From Candidatus Shapirobacteria bacterium (GTDB lineage: Bacteria; Patescibacteriota; Microgenomatia; UBA12405): DNA of 62,716 nucleotides. The position numbers and the translations under genes were made by a program. Under the pieces are notes generated by a model that was not told where the DNA came from, made no database searches, and saw only the letters and a list, made by a program, of their open reading frames with translations. Positions 9,208 through 17,329 of this stretch are shown one piece after another. The stretch is from contig JAQVSI010000003.1 in the NCBI GenBank assembly GCA_028700625.1, forward strand, positions 1 to 62,716, in the 5' to 3' direction. Numbering within the stretch: position 1 is the stretch's first letter; each line of letters begins with the position of its first letter.

Positions 9208-9477
9208 ATGGCATTAACCACAGAAGAAAAAAAAGTAATTATTGAAAAGTTTGCCCAAGATAAAAGCGATACTGGTTCCCCAGAAGTTCAAATCGCTATT
9301 TTAACCAAAGAAATCGATAAACTTCAAGGTCATTTAACTGAAAATAAACACGATTCTCCAGCTAAACGAGGTATTTTAACTAAAATTTCTAAACGTCGTC
9401 GATTACTTCGCTATATTTCAGTACATAGTCCTGAAAGATACGCCAAAGTCATTAAAGCTCTTGGTCTCAAAAAATAA
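9208..9477 (+). CDS. rpsO: 30S ribosomal protein S15
   Basis: 89 aa. GSPEVQIAILTKEI...LQGHL...HDSPAKRGIL...RRRLLRYI is the S15 signature. Upstream of pnp. Confidence 0.95.
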   Translation: MALTTEEKKVIIEKFAQDKSDTGSPEVQIAILTKEIDKLQGHLTENKHDSPAKRGILTKISKRRRLLRYISVHSPERYAKVIKALGLKK

Positions 9478-9501
9478 ATTTAGTTTTCGTTATAATTAAT
9501 T

Positions 9502-11700
9502 ATGGAAATGTATACAAAAGATATTCAAGTGGGCGATAAAAAGATTACTCTCTCAACCGGTAAGCTTGCTCCTCAAACAAATGCCTCTGTCGTGGCTCAA
9601 TACGGCAATACTACTGTTTTAGCCACCGTCATTATGGGCAAAACCGATGATTCAAAGGATTATTTTCCTTTATCAATCGAATTTGTCGATAAACTTTATG
9701 CTGGAGGTATTGTTAAAGGTAGTAAGTGGATGAAAAGAGACGGTGGTCCTTCCGACACTGCAGTTCTTTTTGGTCGAATAATCGACCGTTCATTAAGACC
9801 TCTTTTTCCTTCTGATTTTTTAAACGAAGTTCAAATTATTGTTACTGTTTTAAGTAATGATAAAAATAACGATGTAATTATTCCTGCTTTCACCGCCGCT
9901 GCCGCTGCTTTGGCTATTTCCGATATTCCTTTCAACGGTCCAGTTTCAGCTGTTCGTGTTGGTTTTATCGATGAAAAATTAGTCTTAAATCCTTCAACTC
10001 AAGAATTAGATAAATCTAGTCTCGATCTTCTTGTTTGTACTGGTGCTGCTGGTGTCAATATGATTGAAGCTGATGCTAATATTATAAAAAATGAAATTGC
10101 TTTAAAAGCCATCGAATTGGCCAAAACTACTGCAGACACTATTAATAGTGAAATTACTGCTTGGGTAAAAGAATGTGGTAAACAAAAACTTACTTATATC
10201 CCAGCGGGTCCGTCTGCTGATTTAATCAATGAAATTGAATCTAAGATTAAACCAGAAGTCGAAGCTTTTTTAGAAGCTGGCATTGATGGTGGTCACATGG
10301 TTGGTCAAGAGAAAATCGTTGATCAAATTTTAGAAGCTTATGAATCTAAAATTGAATCAAAAGAAATTTCTAAAAATCATTTAATTGCTGCTATTGATTT
10401 AATCGTCAAAAAATATCTTCGAACCAGAACTCTTGCTGGTACTCGCTACGATCATCGAAAAATGGACGAAATTCGTCCTTTAACCATTGAAGCTGGTGTT
10501 TTGCCATGCGTTCATGGTTCTGCTTTTTTCCAAAGAGGTTTAACTCAAGCTATTACTGTTACTACTCTTGCTCCTTTAGCAGAAAAACAATATTTAGAAG
10601 ATTCTAGTGGTGAAACCACCAAAAGATACATTCATTATTATTCTGCTGCTCCTTTCTCCACTGGTCAAACTGGTCGAGTTGGTCGCCCAGGACGTCGAGA
10701 AATTGGTCACGGTGCTCTTGCTGAAAAGGCTTTAATTCCAGTTATTCCCACTCCTGAAGAATTTCCATACACTATTGTCTTAACTTCTGAAGTTCTGTCT
10801 CAAAATGGGTCGTCTTCTATGGCTTCCACTTGTGGATCCACTATGTCCTTAATGGATGCTGGTGTTCCAATCAAAGATAAAGTTGCTGGGATATCTATTG
10901 GTTTAATTGCCGAAACAGACGATAAATATACTTTAATAACTGACATTGCTGGTATTGAAGATCATTTTGGTGATATGGATTTCAAAATCACTGGAACCAG
11001 AAATGGTATCACGGCTATTCAATTAGATATCAAAAGAGCCGGTCTTACTTTAAAAATGATCACTGATACTTTTGAAGCTAGTACTAAAGCTAGACTTCAA
11101 ATTTTAGATAAAATGGAATCAGTTTTGGCTGCTCCACGAGCCGAGCTTTCTGAATTTGCTCCAAAAATTAAAATGGTTTCTCTTCCAGAAGATAAAATTG
11201 GTGAAGTTATTGGGAGTGGTGGTAAAACCATCAAAGCTTTAATGGAAAAATATGAAGTTCAAATCGACATCGATGATGACGGTAATGCTTCTATTTCTTC
11301 TCAAAATCAGGAAAATATTGACAAAGCTGCTTACGAAATTGAATCCATGATTAAAGAAGTTGAAATTGGTGAAGATTATGAAGGTGTTGTTACCCGAGTT
11401 GAAAATTTTGGTGCCTTTGTTGAATTCTTGCCAGGTCGCGAAGCTCTTCTTCATGTTTCCGAAATGACTGGAGGTTTTCTTTCTGATCCATCTTCTATAA
11501 TTAAAGTTGGAGAGCATGTAAATGTTAAGATTGCTGGATTTAATGATAATCATCAAATTAAACTAAGTTCTCCAGAATTTAAAGCCGCTCATCCAGGTCA
11601 ACCTCGAGAAGATAGACCAGATAATCAATCTGGTGGTTTCCGAAATTTCACTCCACCTCATCGAGATGATAATCGTGGTGGTTTTCGCCCTCGAAGATAA
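9502..11700 (+). CDS. pnp: Polynucleotide phosphorylase
   Basis: 732 aa with two RNase PH domains, KH (GEVIGSGGKTIKAL) and S1 (GVVTRVENFGAFVEF), plus an R/G-rich tail. Confidence 0.97.
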   Translation: MEMYTKDIQVGDKKITLSTGKLAPQTNASVVAQYGNTTVLATVIMGKTDDSKDYFPLSIEFVDKLYAGGIVKGSKWMKRDGGPSDTAVLFGRIIDRSLRPLFPSDFLNEVQIIVTVLSNDKNNDVIIPAFTAAAAALAISDIPFNGPVSAVRVGFIDEKLVLNPSTQELDKSSLDLLVCTGAAGVNMIEADANIIKNEIALKAIELAKTTADTINSEITAWVKECGKQKLTYIPAGPSADLINEIESKIKPEVEAFLEAGIDGGHMVGQEKIVDQILEAYESKIESKEISKNHLIAAIDLIVKKYLRTRTLAGTRYDHRKMDEIRPLTIEAGVLPCVHGSAFFQRGLTQAITVTTLAPLAEKQYLEDSSGETTKRYIHYYSAAPFSTGQTGRVGRPGRREIGHGALAEKALIPVIPTPEEFPYTIVLTSEVLSQNGSSSMASTCGSTMSLMDAGVPIKDKVAGISIGLIAETDDKYTLITDIAGIEDHFGDMDFKITGTRNGITAIQLDIKRAGLTLKMITDTFEASTKARLQILDKMESVLAAPRAELSEFAPKIKMVSLPEDKIGEVIGSGGKTIKALMEKYEVQIDIDDDGNASISSQNQENIDKAAYEIESMIKEVEIGEDYEGVVTRVENFGAFVEFLPGREALLHVSEMTGGFLSDPSSIIKVGEHVNVKIAGFNDNHQIKLSSPEFKAAHPGQPREDRPDNQSGGFRNFTPPHRDDNRGGFRPRR

Positions 11701-11727
11701 ATATAATAAAATTATTTGAATTTTTAT

Positions 11728-11752
11728 CCCTCCTTAAATGGAGGGGTTTTTT
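11728..11752 (+). terminator. Intrinsic terminator after pnp
   Basis: ccctcc-ttaaat-ggaggg, then g and tttttt. Confidence 0.8.
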
Positions 11753-11766
11753 ATGTATACTTAATC

Positions 11767-12828
11767 ATGGATTCTACTGCTCTAACCACTAAAGAGGCGA
11801 TTAAAAAATTGGCTGATAAAGTTTCGGCGGTTAGAATTCCTGAAAATTTAGGTTTTAAATTACAAGAACTTTTTGCTCAACTTGAAATTAATTCTCAAAA
11901 TGAAGAAACTTTTTGGCAAAACTATCAAACTATTTCCAAATACATTGATTGGGTTACAGCTATTCCTTGGTTCACTGAAACCAAAGATATTTTAGACCTT
12001 TCCGATGCTAAAGAAAAATTAGACCAAGAACATTACGGCTTAGATTCTATTAAAGAAAGAATTTTAGAATATGTTTCTGTTCTTTCTCTTCAAAAAAATC
12101 GTAATCCCACTGATTCAGTTCACGCTCCAGTTTTATTGTTTGTCGGCTTAGTTGGCACTGGTAAAACCACTATGGCCAATTCTATTGCCAAAGTTTTAGG
12201 TCGTGAATTAATTAGAATTCCTTTCGGTGGTCTTGGCGATGCCAATTATCTTCGTGGTCACTCCAGAATTCGTCCCGATGCCGAACCAGGTCAACTTATT
12301 AAAGGTCTAGTTAATTGTAAAAGCCGTAATCCAGTTATTTTACTAGATGAAATAGATAGGGTTGCCGATAATGCTTTAAACACAATTATGGGTGTTTTGG
12401 TTGAAATTCTCGATCCAGAACAAAATAATCACTTTGTTGACTATTATCTAGATTATCCAATCGATCTTTCTCAAGCCATTTTCTGTGCCACCTGTAATAA
12501 CACTTCCCGAATTGCTACTGCTGTTTTAGACCGCCTAGAGGTCATCCAAATGCCATCCTATACTGACGATGAAAAGGTGACTATCGCTAGGAATTATCTC
12601 TTACCAAAGGCTCTTAATAATACTGGCTTAACTTCTCAAGATCTTAAAATTGCCGATGATATTTGGGCTCAAATTGTTCGACCTCTTGGCTTTGATGCTG
12701 GTGTTCGTACCCTTCAACGAAATATTGAAGCCATGTGTCGTAAAGTTGCCAAAATTATTTTAGAAGGTCAAAGTAAACAAGTAATTGTTGATAATTCTAA
12801 TGTCAAAACGTTCCTGCCTCAATGGTAA
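11767..12828 (+). CDS. Lon-like AAA+ ATPase module without protease domain
   Basis: LDQEHYGLDSIKERILEY, Walker A GLVGTGKTT, Walker B VILLDEIDR and LDPEQNNHFVDYYLDYPIDLS all align by eye with the Lon A-domain. The ORF stops where the S16 protease domain would begin. ATG 11767 follows the pnp terminator (track start 11716 lies inside it). Confidence 0.8.
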   Translation: MDSTALTTKEAIKKLADKVSAVRIPENLGFKLQELFAQLEINSQNEETFWQNYQTISKYIDWVTAIPWFTETKDILDLSDAKEKLDQEHYGLDSIKERILEYVSVLSLQKNRNPTDSVHAPVLLFVGLVGTGKTTMANSIAKVLGRELIRIPFGGLGDANYLRGHSRIRPDAEPGQLIKGLVNCKSRNPVILLDEIDRVADNALNTIMGVLVEILDPEQNNHFVDYYLDYPIDLSQAIFCATCNNTSRIATAVLDRLEVIQMPSYTDDEKVTIARNYLLPKALNNTGLTSQDLKIADDIWAQIVRPLGFDAGVRTLQRNIEAMCRKVAKIILEGQSKQVIVDNSNVKTFLPQW

Positions 12829-12829
12829 T

Positions 12830-12858
12830 TTGTCTTTTATTGTCAATTTTGGTATAAT
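12830..12858 (+). promoter_or_regulatory. Promoter: TTGTCT-17 nt-(TGg)TATAAT
   Basis: -35 ttgtct 12830-12835, 17-nt spacer, extended -10 tggtataat 12850-12858. Confidence 0.45.
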
Positions 12859-12864
12859 TCTTTC

Positions 12865-13010
12865 AAGAATCTTACTTTTGATTAAACGAAGTCGTTTACG
12901 TATCCCTTTAATCCATTTAAATCATTTCACTTAATTTGGAAATTATTTAGTAAAATTAAGTAAGAATTATTTATTTATTCTGAACATTTTGTGGTTGCCG
13001 TTCAGATTTT
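12865..13010 (+). ncRNA. Candidate small RNA or structured leader (about 145 nt) upstream of rnj
   Basis: Bounded by the promoter above and a hairpin tctgaac-(14 nt)-gttcaga plus a T-rich tail (12979-13010). Contains no ATG. Internal hairpins aaacg-aagt-cgttt (12884-12896) and cttaattt-(14 nt)-aaattaag (12930-12959). Confidence 0.3.
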
Positions 13011-13045
13011 ATTATTATTTATATTTATAATCACAAGAATTTATT

Positions 13046-14794
13046 ATGTTAAAAAATCAAAACAAAAATCTTATTAATGCACCAAATCAGGTCAGAGAAT
13101 ACAAATCTGGAAACGATTCAATTAGAATCAGTTCTCTTGGTGGTTTTGGGGACGTTACTCAAAACATGTTCGTCTATGAATTTATTCCTAGCGGTGATGT
13201 CTCTAAAAGTCAAATTATTATTGTTGACTGTGGTGTTGGTTTTCCTGAAGAAGATGCTTTTGGTGTTGACCTTCAAATTCCTGACACCCAATATCTTAAA
13301 GATAAAAAAGATCGAATATTAGGAATTTTTATTACCCATGGTCATGAAGATCATATTGGTGCTGTTCGTTTTATTTTACCTATACTTGGTCAAAACATTC
13401 CAATTTTTGCCCCAAAATTAGCAACTGCCTTTATAGAAGCCAGACTTGCCGAAGTTAATATTCGTGCCAATATTCAAAACTACGATGAAAATAGTTTACC
13501 TTTCTCAAAAGGTCCTTTTACGGTCGATCCAATCAGAGTTACTCACTCTATTCCCGATACTTTTCATTTTGCCATCACTACCCCAATTGGTATTTTTTAC
13601 CATGGTTCCGATTTTAAATTTGACCTTTTTCCATTAGATGGTAAAGGCGCTGATTATCAAAAAATTGCTCGTGTTGGTCAAACTGGAAAAGTTATTGCTT
13701 TAATGTCTGACAGTTTAGGTTCCGACCATGAAGGTTGGTCACCATCAGAAAGTTCTATTGCTGAAAATTTTAAAAATGAGATTGTCTCTACTAAGGGCCG
13801 AGTTTTTGTTACTTCAATTTCTAGTAATATCATCCGCTGGACTCAAGCCATTGAATACGGAAAAAGTGTTGGCCGAAAAATAGTTATCGTCGGTTTTTCA
13901 GTTGACAGGGCGATCAATATCGCCAAAGAGTTAGAATATCTAACTCTAAACGAGACCGATATTATCCCTGTCGAAAGAGTTAAAAATTTTGCTGATAACA
14001 AACTATTATTTTTAGTTGCTGGTTTTGCTGGTCAGCCAGATTCTGCTCTTAGTAAAATGATTATGGGAAAACACAGAATCAAAATAAAATCTGGTGATAA
14101 AGTTATATTTTCATCTCCAGATTATATTCCAGGAACAACTTCTAACATTTTCAATATGATCGATCTTCTTTCCAAAATGGGGGCTGAAGTTGTCTATGGT
14201 GAAAAAGAGGAACTTCATGTTTCTGGTCATGGGTACCAAAAAGAACACTCTCTTTTAATTAACTTATTAAAACCTAAATATTTATTACCAATTGGTGGTA
14301 ATTATCGTCATCTTAAAAGCTATCAAGAAATGGCTAAAAAATTAGGTTTTGCCGAAGATAAAGTTATTCTTCCAGATTTTGATGCTTCAGCTACTTTTAA
14401 TAGTAATGGCTCTGTTGATACTAATTTCCATATCCCAATTAGAAAAGTTTTAATTGATGGATTTGGTGTTGGTGATGTTGGGACTACTGTATTAAGAGAT
14501 AGAAAAACCTTAGCTGAAGATGGTATGTTTTCCGTGGTTCTTTTAATTAATAAAGAATCTGGAGAATTAAATAAACCCCCAGTTATTTTAAGTCGTGGTT
14601 TTGTTTTTATGAAAGAAAATAACGAACTTATGGAATTTTTAAAAGTTGAAGCTACTAATAAATTTAACCAGGCCACCAGCTCTCCGGCTAATATGGATTT
14701 TATTCGTGAAGAAGTTCAAGCTTATCTCGAAGAAATAATCTATAAAAAAACCGGCCGCCAACCAATGGTTTTACCCTTGGTTATTGAAGTATAA
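13046..14794 (+). CDS. rnj: Ribonuclease J
   Basis: 582 aa. Metallo-beta-lactamase HGHEDHIG motif, beta-CASP region, and HVSGHG near the C-terminal part. Confidence 0.9.
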   Translation: MLKNQNKNLINAPNQVREYKSGNDSIRISSLGGFGDVTQNMFVYEFIPSGDVSKSQIIIVDCGVGFPEEDAFGVDLQIPDTQYLKDKKDRILGIFITHGHEDHIGAVRFILPILGQNIPIFAPKLATAFIEARLAEVNIRANIQNYDENSLPFSKGPFTVDPIRVTHSIPDTFHFAITTPIGIFYHGSDFKFDLFPLDGKGADYQKIARVGQTGKVIALMSDSLGSDHEGWSPSESSIAENFKNEIVSTKGRVFVTSISSNIIRWTQAIEYGKSVGRKIVIVGFSVDRAINIAKELEYLTLNETDIIPVERVKNFADNKLLFLVAGFAGQPDSALSKMIMGKHRIKIKSGDKVIFSSPDYIPGTTSNIFNMIDLLSKMGAEVVYGEKEELHVSGHGYQKEHSLLINLLKPKYLLPIGGNYRHLKSYQEMAKKLGFAEDKVILPDFDASATFNSNGSVDTNFHIPIRKVLIDGFGVGDVGTTVLRDRKTLAEDGMFSVVLLINKESGELNKPPVILSRGFVFMKENNELMEFLKVEATNKFNQATSSPANMDFIREEVQAYLEEIIYKKTGRQPMVLPLVIEV

Positions 14795-14803
14795 TCATCA
14801 TAG

Positions 14804-15268
14804 ATGATTACCATTTCTAATGCTACATTAAAAGATAAAGATCAATTAAGAAAGTTTTTTTCTCACTATAAAATAAAAGATTATATTGAAAAAAGAGTCG
14901 ATTCTTATCTTAATTTTAATCACACTATTATTGCCAAAGATGATGCCAAAATAATTGGCACCATTCAATGGTTAATAAAAGAAGATCCTAATTTAGGAGT
15001 AGTTGAATTAGAAGAAATTAATGTTTTATTTGGTTATCAAAAGAAAGGTATTGGTTCTCAATTAATGAATACTGCCATTGATTCAGTCAAAGAATATTTT
15101 CAAAAAAATAATTTAAACTTAAGAAAAATTTATTTATTTGTTTCTGAAACTAATTTGGCTGCTCAAACTTTTTACCAAAAATTTGGCTTTAAAGAAAAAA
15201 CTAAAATAAACAATTTATTTTCAGATTCAGCAAATGAATTGTTTTATGTTTTAGATTTAAATCAATAA
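14804..15268 (+). CDS. GNAT family N-acetyltransferase
   Basis: 154 aa. Acetyl-CoA motif A YQKKGIGSQLMNTAI, and C-terminal FYQKFGF. Confidence 0.8.
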   Translation: MITISNATLKDKDQLRKFFSHYKIKDYIEKRVDSYLNFNHTIIAKDDAKIIGTIQWLIKEDPNLGVVELEEINVLFGYQKKGIGSQLMNTAIDSVKEYFQKNNLNLRKIYLFVSETNLAAQTFYQKFGFKEKTKINNLFSDSANELFYVLDLNQ

Positions 15269-15272
15269 AAAT

Positions 15273-16043
15273 ATGTTTAGTCTGGGAATCTTTTTAAATA
15301 TTTTTAATAACGATAGAAATGAAATTGGAGAGAAAATAAAATTTATTAAAACTATTTCTGGTTTGAAACATCTCGAAATTTGGTCGGAAGCAGATTTAAA
15401 CAAAGAAGATATAAATTGGCTAAAAAATGAATTGTCTGGATATAAAATAATCGTCCATGGGCCATTTACTGGTCTTTGTTTAGTTTCTGGTCACAAATTA
15501 ATAAGACAATCTAGTATTGATATATATAAAAAATTTATTGATCAAGCTATTTCTCTAGGTTCCAAATTAATAACCATTCATACTGGTAAATATCCTACAT
15601 ATTTTAATTCCCAAATTGCCACTAAACTTTTTTCTCAAAATTTTCAGGAATTAGTTTCTTACGCTAATAATAAAATAATTTTAACCACTGAAAATATGCC
15701 CAATAAACACGGTGCTCAAAATGATTTTCCTGTATTAACAGAATTAGATGGTATATCTCGAATTATTACTAATATTAATTATACTTTCGATGTCGGTCAC
15801 TGTCTTGAAAACGGAGAAGATTACTTTGAATTTATTAAAAATAATAAAAATAGAATTAAAAATATTCATATTCACAATGCAGTTAAAAATGGTAAAAGTC
15901 ATTATGGTCTTCAATTATCAGGTGATTTGGACACTAAAAAATTTATTAATTTTTTAAACGAAATTAATTATCAAAACTTTTTAACCATTGAAGTTTTGGT
16001 AGATCAAGACAAAGTTGAATCGGTCAAATTAGTAACTTCATAA
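15273..16043 (+). CDS. Xylose isomerase-like TIM-barrel (AP_endonuc_2 family) protein
   Basis: Motif order VHGPF ... TIHTG ... TTENMP ... FDVGHC ... IHIHN parallels the endonuclease IV / sugar-phosphate isomerase fold. Confidence 0.55.
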   Translation: MFSLGIFLNIFNNDRNEIGEKIKFIKTISGLKHLEIWSEADLNKEDINWLKNELSGYKIIVHGPFTGLCLVSGHKLIRQSSIDIYKKFIDQAISLGSKLITIHTGKYPTYFNSQIATKLFSQNFQELVSYANNKIILTTENMPNKHGAQNDFPVLTELDGISRIITNINYTFDVGHCLENGEDYFEFIKNNKNRIKNIHIHNAVKNGKSHYGLQLSGDLDTKKFINFLNEINYQNFLTIEVLVDQDKVESVKLVTS

Positions 16044-16057
16044 GCTATAATATTGCC

Positions 16058-17305
16058 ATGAGATACTCACAACTTTTTGGTAAAACCAGTAAAACTGCTC
16101 CAACCGATGCTGACAGTGTTAATGCTAAGTTATTAACTCAAGGTGGTTTCATTCAAAAAGAAATCTCTGGTGTTTATAACTACCTACCTTTAGGATTACG
16201 TGTTTTAAATAAAATTCAAAACATTGTTCGTGAAGAAATGAACAAAATTGAAGGCCAAGAAATTCTCATGCCAGCTATGACTTCAGAAGAAGGTTGGGTA
16301 ACCACTGGTCGTAATGCTATGGATGTTCTTTTTCACCTAAAAGGTCAAGGGGATACTAATCTAGTTTTAAATCCAACTCATGAAGAAGTTGTCACTCCTT
16401 TGGTTCAAAAATATGTTTTTTCCTATCGTGATTTACCAATGGCTGTCTATCAAATTCAAAATAAATTTAGAAATGAAGCTCGTGCCAAGTCAGGTTTACT
16501 TCGTGGACGTGAATTCAACATGAAAGATCTTTATTCTTTTCATACCGACGAAGCCGATTTGGATCGTTATTACGAAATTGTTAAAAAAGCCTATTTTGAA
16601 ATTTATAAAAGAATTGGTCTTGGCGATATCACAGTTCTAACTTTTGCTTCAGGTGGTGCTTTTAGTCCATTTTCTCATGAATTTCAAACTTTAAATGAAA
16701 ATGGGGAAGACACAATTCATCTTTGTAAAAAATGTAAGGTCGCCATTAATAAAGAAATAATTGACACTCAAAAGACTTGTCCAGAATGTGGCAATGACAA
16801 ATTAGAAGCAGTTAAAGCCACTGAAGTTGGTAACATTTTTAAATTAAGAACTAAATTTTCCGAAGCTTTTAAATTTTATTATTCAGATCAAAATGGTCAA
16901 GACAAAATTGTTGAAATGGGATGTTTCGGTTTTGGTCCATCCAGAACCATGGGAACTATTGTCGAAGCTTGTCATGACGATAAAGGTATAATTTGGCCAA
17001 AATCCGTCGCTCCTTATCAAGTCCATCTAGTTGGTCTCGATCTTTTTGAAGAAAATATCAAAACTCAAGCCGAAAAAATTTATCAAGATTTATTAGATAA
17101 AAATATTGAAGTTTTATTTGATGATCGTTCCGATGTTACTGCTGGCGCTAAGTTTGCCGATGCTGATTTAATTGGTAATCCAATCAGATTAGTTATAAGT
17201 AAAAGAAGTTTAGAAAATGGGGGAGTTGAGTTTAAAAATCGAAACAAAGAAAAAAGCGAAATACTTCCTCTGGATTCTTTTTTAAACAAAATCATCGCCA
17301 AATAA
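16058..17305 (+). CDS. proS: Prolyl-tRNA synthetase, bacterial-type core without INS editing domain
   Basis: MRYSQLFGKT..., NPTHEEVVT, motif 2 FRNEARAKSGLLRGREFNMKD. 415 aa, with a CxxC...CxxC insert where INS normally sits. Confidence 0.9.
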   Translation: MRYSQLFGKTSKTAPTDADSVNAKLLTQGGFIQKEISGVYNYLPLGLRVLNKIQNIVREEMNKIEGQEILMPAMTSEEGWVTTGRNAMDVLFHLKGQGDTNLVLNPTHEEVVTPLVQKYVFSYRDLPMAVYQIQNKFRNEARAKSGLLRGREFNMKDLYSFHTDEADLDRYYEIVKKAYFEIYKRIGLGDITVLTFASGGAFSPFSHEFQTLNENGEDTIHLCKKCKVAINKEIIDTQKTCPECGNDKLEAVKATEVGNIFKLRTKFSEAFKFYYSDQNGQDKIVEMGCFGFGPSRTMGTIVEACHDDKGIIWPKSVAPYQVHLVGLDLFEENIKTQAEKIYQDLLDKNIEVLFDDRSDVTAGAKFADADLIGNPIRLVISKRSLENGGVEFKNRNKEKSEILPLDSFLNKIIAK

Positions 17306-17329
17306 CACTAAATAATATATACTGTATTT

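Noticed and set aside
12878-12931. 17-codon TTG-initiated ORF (MIKRSRLRIPLIHLNHFT) inside the candidate sRNA.
   Set aside because: There is no SD, no ATG, and it is not in a leaderless position. Probably a chance open frame.
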